Assembly (NCBI RefSeq): GCF_009914755.1
Contig: NC_060926.1
Direction: 5' to 3' (one strand)
DNA: 64,000 nucleotides
DNA from: the human T2T-CHM13v2.0 reference genome, Homo sapiens
Shown here: positions 29,425 to 42,371 of the stretch, piece after piece
How positions within the stretch are numbered: position 1 is the stretch's first letter
Layout of the letters: each line of letters opens with the position of its first letter
The notes under the pieces: generated by a model
Databases searched by the model: none
Seen by the model: the letters and a program-made list of their open reading frames with translations, nothing else
Told to the model about the DNA's origin: nothing
Program-made: the position numbers and the translations under genes

Positions 29425-30740
29425 CAAACAGTTTTACTTTGATGTCTTTACATTCTACACTTCATTTTACCTCTAAAAATTAAAACAAAGCAAGCAAGCA
29501 AAAAAAAAAAAAAAAAAAAAGCAAAGCAGGCGACATGTTCCGTGGCGGACATGACCGTCCTGGCCAATCCTTGCCTGTGGCTGGCAAGCTGCCGAGTCCG
29601 TGGGCTGGAGGGCATTGATTCCTCAAAGACACTTCCCTGATCGGAGGAAAATAACCCAAGCAGTCACGGCAGGCGCCGCCAGGACGAGGCCGCCACGGCC
29701 TCTCTTCTTCCTGCCACTCCTGCCCAGTCCTTCCGTGGGGGCCACTCGAGGAACCACCAGAGATGGCCGTGGGTCCTTCACTGGACCCTATCCAAACCCC
29801 AGAAATGCCAGCTTTATGATGAAAACTCACAAAGGGGCACCACGCAGGAATATTACAACCAAGGACTTTGTTACCACGGGCTCTGTGTATGAAGGTAATT
29901 AACAGCTTCCGGTGCCAATAAAGGGAGACTTTCGAAGCTTCCCCTGAGGTCACACGTCCTTGCAGATTTGTACCAGATTCCACTTTCTTCTCACCAAACG
30001 AAACAATGCAACAACCGCCACAAAACACATCTAGGAGGCAGCATGAGCTCCAGGCACCAGCCAACCTCAAATACTTCCTGTTCCAAAATGTAAGAGCAGT
30101 GTCTGGAAATACAGCTCCTTTGACAGTGTGCTGGTCAAACACCCCTTAGATGTGGGAATCCAACGCTGAAGCCAAACGTGAATTTTGCGTTATTTTGGAG
30201 AGTTTCTCTACAGTTTCTAGTTAATCCCCTTTAAGGTTCCAGAGTTTTCTTTTAAAAATGGTGCTTTTGAAACATAACCTTAAAAAGAGCCTCCCTAACT
30301 CTGACAGATACACGTTTCCCAGGACACAGGTACAGAGGGTGATGAAACCGCCACCCCTATGCCTCAGGAAACCGTGGAACGTGCTTCTCTTTAGTCCAGC
30401 ATCCCGGTCTTAACATCGGCCTCTACTTCCCCTTTTGGCCGATGGAAGGGCATCGCATTTTCTGAGGATGTCTTTCTCCCCAGTAGCACAGCCCTCAGGG
30501 CAGTCATGTGTCCTGCCCTGTAATGTATATGCTGAGCGACCCTGGGACAGCGGCCATGGGATCTGAGGCTCTGGCTTTCCTTCTGTAGGAGCGGGTGGGG
30601 GGCACAGGAGCCAGGGCACTCGGTCACGGTGGAGAGCAGCGCCATGAGGGCCGTAAGCCCTCAGCATGCCGTCTGTTTAACAGTAAGTCCTTCATCCACA
30701 CTTCCTGTTGCTACTGACTTTTTTTGTTTGCCTCCGGTTT

Positions 30741-31020
30741 GCTCCCGGATGCCTGAGGTAGGCGTCCTCCCCGAAGCGCCCCTCTCCTCAACCGAGGCTG
30801 CTGAGCACCTGCTCCCGGATGCCTGAGGTAGGCGTCCTCCCCGAAGCGCCCCTGTCCTCAACCGAGGTTGCTGAGCACCTGCTCCCGGATGCCTGAGGTA
30901 GGTGTCCTCCCCGAAGCGCCCCTCTCCTCAATCGAGGCTGCTGAGCACCTGCTCCCGGATGCCTGAGGTAGGCGTCCTCCCCGAAGCGCCCCTCTCCTCA
31001 ATCGAGGCTGCTGAGCGCCT
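30741..31020. repeat. Minisatellite, 70-bp unit x4
   Basis: gctcccggatgcctgaggtaggcgtcctccccgaagcgcccctctcctcaaccgaggctgctgagcacct at 30741, 30811, 30881 and 30951, with few differences. Confidence 0.97.
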
Positions 31021-31454
31021 GCAAGGCCTGGCTGGAAGCCAGCTCGACCTCCAGCCTTGGAACCCAACACCCACCACTTTAGTGATTTTTTTCTACAATA
31101 AACATACATTGCTTTTATAATCAGGAAGGGGAGGAGTTTTAGCTACAATGAATCTGAAACAAATGACTGAGTAGTAATAGTTTTTAAGTTCCCCGTAATT
31201 CAGCCCTTGGGCATAGTTGGGTTTATAATCCTGTATGACATTTTGCTGGTCTCTCCTGGCTGACTAATTCCATACCTTCTCCTCTGTCCTCAAACTGCAA
31301 CATCTCCCCAGCCTAACTCAGTCAATGGCTCTGTTTGCTCACTCCATGGGAAAACACAAGGCTCTGGCAGAGAACCGGGGGTCACGAGCTCCCGCCCCCA
31401 CCCCACCCTGCCACCATGTCTCCGCCTGGGATCTGCCTCGGTGTCAAGTCTCCT

Positions 31455-31905
31455 CCAAGGGTGGCCCTTCCCCTCACCAAGCCAAGGGTGGCCCTTCCCT
31501 CACCAAGCCAAGGGTGGCCCTTCCCCTCACCAAGCCAAGGGTGGCCCTTCCCCTCACCAAGCCAAGGGTGGCCCTTCCCCTCACCAAGCCAAGGGTGGCC
31601 CTTCCCCTCACCAAGCCAAGGGTGGCCCTTCCCTCACCAAGCCAAGGGTGGCCCTTCCCCTCACCAAGCCAAGGGTGGCCCTTCCCTCACCAAGCCAAGG
31701 TGGCCCTTCCCTCTCCAAGCCAAGGGCGGCCCTTCCCCTCACCAAGCCAAGGGTGGCCCTTCCCTCACCAAGCCAAGGGTGGCCCTTCCCCTCACCAAGC
31801 CAAGGGTGGCCCTTCCCTCACCAAGCCAAGGGTGGCCCTTCCCCTCAGCAAGCCAAGGGTGGCCCTTCCCTCACCAAGCCAAGGGTGGCCCTTCCCCTCA
31901 GCAAG
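31455..31905. repeat. Minisatellite, 26/27-bp unit x17
   Basis: Unit ccaagggtggcccttccc(c)tcaccaag; 17 copies counted. Confidence 0.97.
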
Positions 31906-32212
31906 CAGACAACAACTCCCAGGAAGGGGGAAGAGCAAAGCCACGTCCACAACTGTGACATTCCACTTATTCAAAACGCAAAGAAATAGGAGGCAAAGAT
32001 GGAATAATACTAACAACATGTCTGTTATATCTTAGTGGTAGGCAAATGGTTATGTGTTTTCTTTTATGATAGAGCTACTTTACAATTAAAATTTTTAAAA
32101 CATTTTAAAAAAGAAAGAGAACAAAGTCTACAGATAAAAAGTTATGAGGGAAGTTGAAGAAATCAAAGTTGATCTAAGACAAATGGCATTTTGGCTTTTT
32201 CCTCCTCCAGTA

Positions 32213-32453
32213 CAGCTGACAATATCCCAAACCCAAAAACCAAAATCCAAAATGCCTCCAAATCCAAAACTTTTTCACGGTGACACTCAAAGGCAATGCT
32301 CATTGGGGCATTTCTGATTTTGAATTTTTACACTTAGGATGCTCAACCAGTAAGAATAATGCAAATATTCCAAAATCCGAAAAAAAAAAAAACAAACCCA
32401 AAATCCAAAACACTTCTGCTTCCAAGCATTACAGATAAGAGATACTCAACCTG
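32213..32453 (+). mobile_element. Tigger4a/MER46-type TcMar DNA transposon MITE
   Basis: TA TSDs, terminal gatactcaacctg, internal caaaggcaatgctcattggggcattt and ggatgctcaaccagtaagaataatgcaaatattccaaaatccg. Confidence 0.87.
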
Positions 32454-33489
32454 TATAGACTTTCCCAAAGCACATGATATGCTCACCTGACGTTTCTAAA
32501 ATCTCAAGATGGCACACGAATACATGGTATGAATAATGCTTTTCTGTTGGAAGTGGGAATTTATTAGGACTAAGTGTATTGAAAAAGAACCATAATCAGA
32601 AAAAGACCTGTGTTGAACATAACGGCATTCACACGAGGGAATGGTCAGGAAACAGGACAGATCAACAGTGGGGAGGGCTGCCCGGGCGCCCTTCCTGCTC
32701 CAAGTACACACTCATCTGTTCAAAGGGAGCGAGCTCTCACAGTGACTGCTGGAGTCATTCCTGACAATTGAGTGTGTGTGTGTATCAGTCTGTTTCCACA
32801 CCTTCAAACATCAAAATGTCTAAAGAATAGTTAAGATTAAATTCAATCATTAGGAAATGTATAACAGCAATTGAGGACTGACATAACATATACCTAAAAA
32901 TGTTTATACTCCCATACCATAAAAATGTGGCTTTAAAGACATTTTCCTATCAATTTTCCAGTTATCACCTAACCTGAGATTAATATTTCTTTGCAGTATT
33001 TTTCAGTGGGTTGAAATGACCAAAATGCAGTTTGAAAGAACACGCTTCACATTAGAGGCTTCTAAGGCACAGGCCACTGTGCAGGCTCAATGATGGATGT
33101 CATACAGGACTGCTGCACATGCATGCATGCTTTCTCTGCCCACTGTTCCTGGGCATCGCTGCTACGTTATTTAAAATTACCCTGCAAACACTCCCACCAC
33201 GCCCACCAACCCATGCCTGAATATGCAATAAATGCCAGGAGACACGGCACTCTCTCTGACTCAGACCAATGGGAACCTGATGACAAGGGAGGTAAATGGC
33301 CAGCGTCATGGGGCAGCCTTCCCAACATGCCACTTCTCAAGTCCGGCGGCTCACCCCAAAGGAAGAGAATGAGGGTGACAGGCTGCAGGAGAGGTCCAGG
33401 CCTTGAACGGGGATATAAAGGCTACATCACACACATTCCTCAGTACTAGTCAACGGGACACTGAGATGACATTTATTGAGGAACTACTA

Positions 33490-33630
33490 AAAAGCTGACA
33501 CATATCTTTCATCTTTATGAGAACTCTGTAGAGAGGCATTATCATCCCCGGCTAAGAAATGAGAAAACAAAACTGAGCTATTCAGCAACTCGCCTAAGCT
33601 CCCACGCAAACAGGCAGCAGAGGCGGGCCC
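33490..33630 (-). mobile_element. MIR SINE fragment
   Basis: catctttatgagaactctgtagagaggcattatcatcccc...atgagaaaac...caactcgcctaagctcccac. Confidence 0.55.
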
Positions 33631-34671
33631 CAGGTGCCCTCTGTGGGAGGCTGAAGCCCCGGCCTGTCCTCACACCAGGCAGGGATCCCATGGCAGGTCT
33701 CGACAGGCAGGGTGCGCTTCCCAAGCCAGAATATTAATTTGAAGCCCACCTTTTTTGGTTCACTTGGAAACTATGCATATTTACCATCTTTTCCCAGCCC
33801 ATCAAGCTATCAGAAAATCCTCTTACCCTCGTGCCACGCCTGGTTAAGCACAAGCAAGTTGTCTCAAAAATGCCCCAGCCACAGAATTCAGTGTTTACAC
33901 GAAAACAACACCGGCAAAGTGAACTTGAGAGAAAGTGAAAACCAAAACTGTCGACATAAGCCAAAATTTTAAAATTGTGCATCTTCATCTGGTACTTAAA
34001 GCTCCCCACCGCTCCCCCAGGCTCCAGTGTGCTGGGGTAAAAAATAAACTGCTTGATCAGTAATAATGCAGAGTAAAATCAAGGTGTAAAAAACAGACAG
34101 AAAGGAGCCCCCCGAACACCCCCCAAGAGGCCAGGGGACCGTACCCCACAGACACAGAGAGCCTTCCCGGAGCAGGGCAAAGACACCTCCAGAACTCCGG
34201 GTTTGGAAAATGACAGAAAACCTGGCCGACTTGGAAGAATCACAAGGCAAAGAAGGAAATCTCTTCTTGGAAACGTTCAGCCTGGCTTCAAGCTGGCTTC
34301 AACTTCCTTTCGGGGTGATGAGTGGGTCTAACTGGGGCACCGGAGGGCACAGGCGGCAGCAAAGGCTGACTGTCAAGGAAGGTGCAGCAGAGCCAAAACC
34401 AGAGACCCAGGCCTCGGGACGCAGTCCCTGCAAGGCCCAGCCACACTGCCCTGCAGGACGCATGTGGAACGGAACACTGGTTCCCTCAGCCCCACGCCAT
34501 CAGGAGGTTCAGGTTTTATTCTCGGAGAGGCTGCATGGCTGGGAAGAATGGTACCCTCACAAGGAGTTTAAACCCTGGAGGATTCTATGTGGAAACGGGT
34601 TTTACAGACAAAGAAAAGGGGGAAAAAGTCTGTTTCCATGGCCTATAGACTTGGAGTACCTTAAAATGTTA

Positions 34672-34990
<319 letters not shown>

Positions 34991-35513
34991 TTACCTATGG
35001 AATGAAATATTTCTGATCACCACCGATACTTTTTTTTGTTAAAGAGCTGAAAGGTACTTGGAAGACAGATGATGCCACTGACTCATTTAACCAACAAAAG
35101 CTGGTGGCAATGGAAAAGGCGCGGTCTGTCCACGGTCACGTGGCCAGTGGGACCCAGCCCCGCCCACTGCAAGCTCAGAGGTCTTTCCTACAGGCCCTCA
35201 CGGGGATCAGGGCCAGGGGTTACACCTAAGCCAGGCAGTTGGTGCCTTTGGGAAGAACACATCCTTTAGCACCAGAGAGAAAAAAAACAACAAAAAATCA
35301 GCATTTCTCTACCATTTACATGGCACGGAGCCATTTCATTTCCAAAAAGGATGGCCTCTTTTACCACCAGGAAGAGCACCCAAATTCAGTGAACCTGATA
35401 CCCCACACCTCCCCCCTCGCCCTCTCTGCACTCCTCCAATAAGGCAGAGCGTCTGAACACCTCTTTGGCTCAGCGCAGGGCCGGCCGGACAGGGCAGGGG
35501 TGGGCGGACTTAC

Positions 35514-35585
35514 CCGTGCTGGGCATGTGGTTCACGCGGGCAGGATTCAGCAGCTCCACTGGCTGGTCTCGGCCAGAAAGTCCAT
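35514..35585 (-). CDS. HDAC4: Histone deacetylase 4, internal coding exon (72 nt, phase 1/phase 1; conventionally exon 3)
   Basis: Minus strand reads ...gtgccttctctgttctccag|ATGGACTTTCTGGCCGAGACCAGCCAGTGGAGCTGCTGAATCCTGCCCGCGTGAACCACATGCCCAGCACGG|gtaagt. It translates as (D)[23 protein letters not shown](V), matching the HDAC4 N-terminus [35 protein letters not shown]. Canonical acceptor and donor; length divisible by 3. Confidence 0.97.
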
Positions 35586-37964
35586 CTGGAGAACAGAGAA
35601 GGCACTGGCTTCAGAAACTGCGCGCATTTCAGCCAACATACTTTATGCTGGGAGTCTGCAGGGAGTAACTCCCCAAACAATGAAATGCATGTGTCCTTCC
35701 TACTTTTACAGGGGGACACTTTCAGCTTCATCATAGATTATTTGTATTTGCCAATGTAGAATAATCAAAATAGCCTCCTACTGAGATATGGCAAACGCCC
35801 GTTTCTGGCCTAAGAGCCACTGGCTTAGCAATTTGGGTTTACTTCTGTTCAGCAACCACATTATACCCACTCGTGCTGATCAGAAGTCGGCTCTTCTGCA
35901 GACCACAAGCATTAAGATAACAAAAAGAGAAGAGCAGCTCTTCCTCTTCTCAGATAGTGACAAACGGTCTGGACGCTCACAGAAACACAGCACAGGGAGC
36001 CCTCGGAACCCGCCAGGTGTGCAGACAGGGAAGGAGGCAAGCTGAGGCCACTCTAGCTGCAAATAGGCATGGAGGAGAACGCTTCACCAGGTGTTCTCAA
36101 GGTATAGAGTCCTTTCTTTTAAATCCATTTTTAGACTGTATTATGGAGCGGTTTCCATCTATTCAGACTCACTGCAAAGATGAGACTGGAACCCACCCAC
36201 CACCTAAACCTGGCACAGGCTGGATTTAGACCGCCTGGGATTTTTCTATATTCTCCCAAGCAGAAAGGAAAGAAAACTCTGGCAAGATTTCCAGGAATCA
36301 CACTTTTCTTTTAAAATTAGCTTCTGACAAGTGGTGTAAAATGCCCTGCAATAATATGCATATCATTACAGACTTGCACGCGGAGGTCATTTTCCTTACT
36401 AAGCGAAGGAGAGCACCAGTTTCGCAGGGCAGCCATGGAACTCTGTAGATACAAGTTTTAAAACAGGACAAAAACGACTAACATCAGGTCAAATGACTGC
36501 AAAAAAAAAAAAACCCATTTTTTTATCCAAAATAGATAATTCCTAGCATTGCCAACCCGTGCATGTCCTTGGAGATGTTCAATATTCAAGAACGGAAACA
36601 AGGGTCCCAGGAGATTGGAGGGCATGCTCTTGAAGTTAGAACTGGGAAAGTGTGAGGCCAACATGGACCTGCAGGAGCTCAGCAGGTGAGGCTGCTCTTG
36701 GGCAATGCAGAGATCAAACGTGGGTGCCAGAAATAAAAATCAAAATGAAGACAACAACAAAAAACCACGGGGACCTCTCCAACCAACCAGCAGCTCCTCC
36801 CAAGTCTCGGCAACTCTTAAGGTTTGAAAACAGAAGTAAAGACAGTAAGACACTGGGCATATTCGGAGGCAAAACAGTTCTGCTTCCCTGGGTCAGGAGA
36901 AAGACCGGCAGGTCATAGTTACACCTTAGAAGCAACCACCAGACCTGAGCAATCGCCCCAAGTCTTCACACATTCCAGGGCTTTCTCAAAGAACATGGCC
37001 ACCTTAGGAGATGGCCTGGATGCTGAATTGTAAACATGATGCCATGTCTCAAGAGAACCTTCACTGCAACTCAGAAAGAGACCCCAGATAGTGGTGGAAA
37101 GTACTTTTCAAGCCTTTTTTTCCCCTAAAAATAAATATATTTGTATTCATTTTTATAATAAATAAAAATAAATAAATGCTCATTGTAGACAAAAAATAAA
37201 AAATTCGAAAAGGTGCCTGTATGTATGTATGTTTATATGTGTGTGTGTATTTAACCCAAATCCCACTATAAATACTTTCAGAAACAGCAGAAGGCCCTTT
37301 TGAAGATCTCAATGTAGCTGCAGTTTTCCAATGGGAAGGGGTCAAGAGGAGGGGGCTTGGGGGGACCACCCTGGTCAGGGTTCTGCAACAGTTCCTACGA
37401 GCCAATGCCTGTCCCCCAGAACTGCCTCCCCTGTAGTCAGCTCAACGCCCAACCTTAGCTTCCACCTCAGCAAAAGCCCTAGAACCAGAAAGTTTGGAAA
37501 CCAAGAAGCCCCCAGTGGTGAGCAGCAGCGGTGGGGCCAGAGTCCCAGCTCACATGAAGCCCTTTCTTGAGTTTGGAAGTGAACTGCTTATGCCTGAGCC
37601 CAAAAGGCGGATCCCTCCAGCACCGAGTTCATACATGAGGCCTAATTACAAGTTACTTTTACTACACTGAAGCAGGAAGACACATCAGATCTCAGTGCAA
37701 CCGATTTGACTTGTAAGTCACGATACGTGGTGTTCCTGTATCCACAAGCATCACTCGTGTGTTTCAGATCAAGGTGCAGCTTAGTGGGTCTTGGCTCACC
37801 TACATTTCTGGGCACTGGGCTGGTCCGCGTCCCACCTACCCTTCAAGAAGACATTTATTGCATGCTTGCACTAGCTGGCACACCAAGGAGAATGCCGTTC
37901 GATAACAGCATGTGGATTCCCTGCGTAAACCAGACCTTGACCTTAACATGTCCAATCCTGTATA

Positions 37965-38571
37965 CTGGCGGGTGGGGTGGTTTCTGACACCAGCCAACTG
38001 GCACCAACTGGGCGTCCAATGATCCAGTTCCACTCTGACAATAACTGCCCAGAGCTAGCACACACGCCACAGGGGCTCAGGTCCACAAGGCTGCCCCCAT
38101 TTCAGACACAAGTCCTGGGCCTCCTGGACTTCTAAAGATCGGCTATAAATCAGGAGTTCCCACAAGCCCCTCTCAGGTTCTGTAATTTGCTAGAAGGGCT
38201 CACAAAACTCAGAAAAACACTTTACCATGTTGATGGGTTTATTGTAAAAGATGCAAATAAACAGTAACATGAAGGCAGGGTCTGGAGGGGTCCTGAGTGC
38301 AGGAGCCTCTGTGTCAGTACCACTGGGGTCAGCAGGTGCGGCTGAACATGCTGCTCCTCTCGTCTCTGCGTCCTGGTGACTGGCCCCATCCCGAGGCTAT
38401 CCAGGGGTCCTGCCCTAAGTCACTTCATTAGCATAAACTCAGAAGCACATAAGAAGCTCCTCCTTAGGAATAACGAAAGGCTCGCTGGACACTCAGGAAG
38501 CTCCTGGGATCCTAAGAGCTCCCTGCCAGGAACGAGGACAAAGACCAGATAAGGCTTATTCTTCCACCACA
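37965..38571 (-). mobile_element. MER21-family LTR
   Basis: ggctataaatcaggagttcccac, taatttgctagaagggctcacaaaactcag, cattagcataaactcag, gagctccctgccaggaacgaggacaaagaccag match the reverse MER21 consensus as I recall it. Confidence 0.78.
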
Positions 38572-40269
38572 CAGAGATGCTGCTTGTTCTCGTTGTGTGC
38601 CACTGGGCCTGGCTAGTCTCATAACAACCTGTACATTCAAACCCCCAACACTGCCATGTTCACATCTTTGTAGAATGACATGGAAATGCTCGAAGGGAAA
38701 GCTGTTCTGAGGCGGCACTGGGTTAATAGGAAGTGCCTGCCTCTCGCGGAACAGGGCAGCCATGTGGAACTATCAGAAAACAGCAGGAGTGTCTCAAGCA
38801 CAGGCGGCCTTGGAGGCGGCGGCACAGACATGGGTCTCAGTGCCGGACGCTAACCCCACATGTGGAGGCCCCGTGAGCCCCAGCCAGCTGGAAGCACGGC
38901 CACAGTCTCTTTAAGACAAGATCCCGGCCTGAGCCGTCCTTGGTCGTCCACCTGGACAGCATGACAGATGCCGCATCCCTCATTATGAAAGGCTGGGGCT
39001 CAGGGCAGCAGCCATGATCGAGAAGCCAAACACTAAAGGCGTTTTGCCAGAGGTGGCTGGTGGAACACAATCCTGGGGGTAAAGCAGTGGCGGTGAGTGC
39101 ACTTTGCAGGCGCAGGGGCCACCAGGCCTGGGAAAGACAGCTTTGGAACGGACCTAAACAAAGCGTGGCCAGTGGGGCAAAGAACGTCTGTCACCAGGGT
39201 GAAATAGACAAGCTGCGGTACACAGCCAGCTGGAACGCATGACGGCATCCGTGAATGTGCACAGAATAGATTCTTAACGCTGTGTTTTTTCAGATATCAT
39301 ATTCCAGAGTGAGTTAAAATGAAATTAGTGATGAGAGGTGGAATTTCCATATTTATCTGCCTCTGGGCTGAAATTTCTCAGGCTGAGGAGAAAGCGGTGC
39401 TAAGAACCCAGCGTTTACAAGCAGGAAAATAATGAAGATGGGAAGCAAAGTACCACTTCCTCATCACACGCCTGCTGCAAGCAGGTTCCCCCTTATCTGT
39501 CTCCGCTTGAGAATCTATTTTTGGAAACCCTGCTGGACAGGGACGATCGTACTGAGTGTCCTCAAACAGCATTTAATCAGCGCTGGGGCTGCAGACCAGA
39601 TGCACACTGAGAGGGAGGCCGAGGAGCACGGGTACCTCGTGTCCTCACCAGCACATGATGTGCCCCAGTGTGCTCAATGCACCCACAGTCAACTGCAGTG
39701 ACCACATCACTCTTGCCAGGAGTCCCTTTCGCGCCGACAGGACCCAGCCTGAACTGAGCATTGTTTGAGACTCGGAGTCCGCCCATGGGAGGAACAGGAC
39801 TAAGACAGACAGTGCTTTTGCTTTTCAGAATCCACCTTGCATCAGACGGGTAGGTATGTCTAACCAGAAACCCGGCCTTCTGGAGCCAAAGGAACCTCAC
39901 TTTCACCCGGAGGGCCCAGGCCCCCCACTTCACACTTGGGGAAATGGCCTCAAGGGCTGTGCAGTTTCCTAGGATCACGGAGTGAGCACCAGCCGGAATC
40001 CAGTTCTGTCTCAATTAAACCAGCGGCTTGTCTGAAGCTGGACCTTGAGCAAACAGGTACCCACCAAGACCAGTGCCCTCCACCAAGGGTTTCACATCAC
40101 AATACCGACACACAAGAAAGGAGGTTTCTTGAGCCAATAAAGAAAGTACATGAAAGCCCCACGCACAGGCTCCTGAACTGGGAGGGGAAGGGAGTGGGGA
40201 GAAAGTGTGGTTTCCACCCTTGGGACCTGCCTGGGAACACCTAGTCCTGCCCAGGTTGGGGTGAAAGGG

Positions 40270-41890
40270 TGTCTCTTGAAGGTTTCATTTGTCTTTCCCA
40301 GATGACCAATGACACTGACCATCTTCTTACATGTTTATTGGCTTTTTCACTGGCTGTTTTGGATTCATGTCTTTTTGACCTGTTTTTTGCCCCCAGTTGG
40401 GTTGTCTTTTTCTTATTGATTCAGAGGAATTCTTTACAAATTCTGAACATTAATCCTCTGTCAATTAAATGCTGCAGATATCCTCTCAAAGGTCCTATTT
40501 CTCAATCTTTCAAAGCTTCTGCTTTTATGTCAGGTTCAAGAAACTCTTCTCTTCCTGGAGGCTGCAGAGATATTTTAACATATTTTTACCCTGAAACTTT
40601 GCAGTGTTCCCTTTTATATGTAAGTCTCTCATCTACTGGCACTGATGTTTGTATACGCTATGAGACAGGGGTTTGGGGTATGTTTTCCTATGATAACAGC
40701 CAAATGTCCCCTCAGTGTTATTAAGAGGTCTTATCTTTCACCATGGATGGGCAACATTAGTTCCCTTATAAGCCAAATCTCAATCCTGTTGGCCAACTTG
40801 TTTTTGGTTTTGCCAATAATCACACTGTCTTAACCACCATAACTGTACAATAACTCTTAATATTGGCAAGGCAAAAAACCCTACTTTTTTCTTCCAGATC
40901 ATCTTGGGCAAAATTGGCCTTTTACTCCGCCACATAAATTTTAAAATTAACTTGACAAGTTCCACCAAAAGAAAAGAAAAGAGAAAAAGAAAGAAAGAGA
41001 AGGAAGGAAGGAAGGAAGGAAGGAGAAAAAAAGAAAGAAAGAAAGAAGGAGAAAGAGAAAGAAAGAAAGAAAGAGAAAGAAAGAAAAGAGAAAGAAAGAG
41101 AGAGAGAGAAAGAGGGAGAGAAAGAGAGAGGACGAGAGAGGAAGGAGGGGAAGGGAGGGAGGGAGGGAGGGAGGGAGGGAAACGAACAGTGCCTGGGATT
41201 GCACTGCATCTGTCATTTTGAGAGAAGATAATCTTTACAGTACTGCATCTTTCAATCCATGAACATGGGCTATTACCTCCTTTCATTTCTCTCAGAAATG
41301 TTTCAGAATTTTCAGTGTTGCGGTCTTGAACATCTTTAGATTTATTACTAGGTATTTGATATTTGATTTCCATTATCAATTTCTGTTTGCTTGCATATGG
41401 AAACACAATTAATTTTTACTTATTGGTTCTGTATCGTAGAATATTAATTTCAATCATTTTTCTGTAGTTATCGTGTATTTTCTACATATAGAATCAGGTC
41501 ACGTACAAATAATGACAGTTGTTTCCACCTTCCAGACCTCACACCTTTTCTTCTTCTTTATTCTGCTGGCTCAGTCCTACAGTACAGTAACTAAAGAGAA
41601 ATGGTGATAAAAGACACTTTGGTCTTGTTTCTGATCTTACGAAGGATATTTCAATGTTTTACTGGAAAGTGTATTGCTTGCTGCAGGTGTCCAACAGGTA
41701 ACTATCAGATTAAGGAAGTTCCCATCTACTCCTAGTTTGCCAAGACATATTTTTAAATCACATGTTTGCTTAACTGTATTAAACTTTTCTGCATCAATTC
41801 AGCTTATTAAATAATTTCCCCTTCCATCTGATAACGTAGTAAACTTTTTTTTCTCATGTCAAACTAACTTTGCATTCCTGTGACAAACCA
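40270..41890 (-). mobile_element. Old L1M/L1ME fragment, sense to HDAC4, interrupted by a GA tract
   Basis: T-rich reverse L1 features (atcttcttacatgtttattggc, ctttcaatccatgaacatgg, cagattaaggaagttcccatctactcctagtttgc). ORF 40780..41406 retains KYQIP...PCSWIER...LILKFMW remnants of ORF2p. Confidence 0.8.
40967..41182. repeat. Compound polypurine tract (GAAA/GGAA/GA/GGGA)n
   Basis: About 215 nt, almost exclusively purines on the + strand. Confidence 0.95.
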
Positions 41891-42065
41891 GCGTGGTCAG
41901 GCCCAGGGGGTTTTTGGGAACAGGAAGGCAGCAAGAGCTCCACACAAGCTACACCTAAACTCTTTTCCACGCTTGATTCTGAAGACTTGGAGACCTCAGT
42001 CCCACATTTCACCTTAGCACCTCACTTCAATATTTCGTTATGAGCATAAAATGAGAATTGGATAA

Positions 42066-42371
<306 letters not shown>

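Noticed and set aside
29480-30142. 220-aa minus-strand ORF
   Set aside because: Non-ATG start, no recognisable domain, ends in a poly-T-derived poly-Phe stretch; expected by chance.
30741-31905. CRISPR-like appearance of regularly spaced repeats
   Set aside because: Units are head-to-tail with no unique spacers, there are no cas genes, and the context is a eukaryotic intron.
31325-32035. Three overlapping 182-236 aa ORFs with repeats (LTKPRVALP / PSPSQGWPF / HQAKGGPSP)
   Set aside because: They are translations of the stop-free 26/27-bp VNTR; mixed unit lengths shuffle the frames, which argues against coding selection.
40780-41406. 208-aa ORF and overlapping K/E/R-rich or F/S/L-rich ORFs
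   Set aside because: Decayed L1 ORF2 remnant plus translation of the GA microsatellite.
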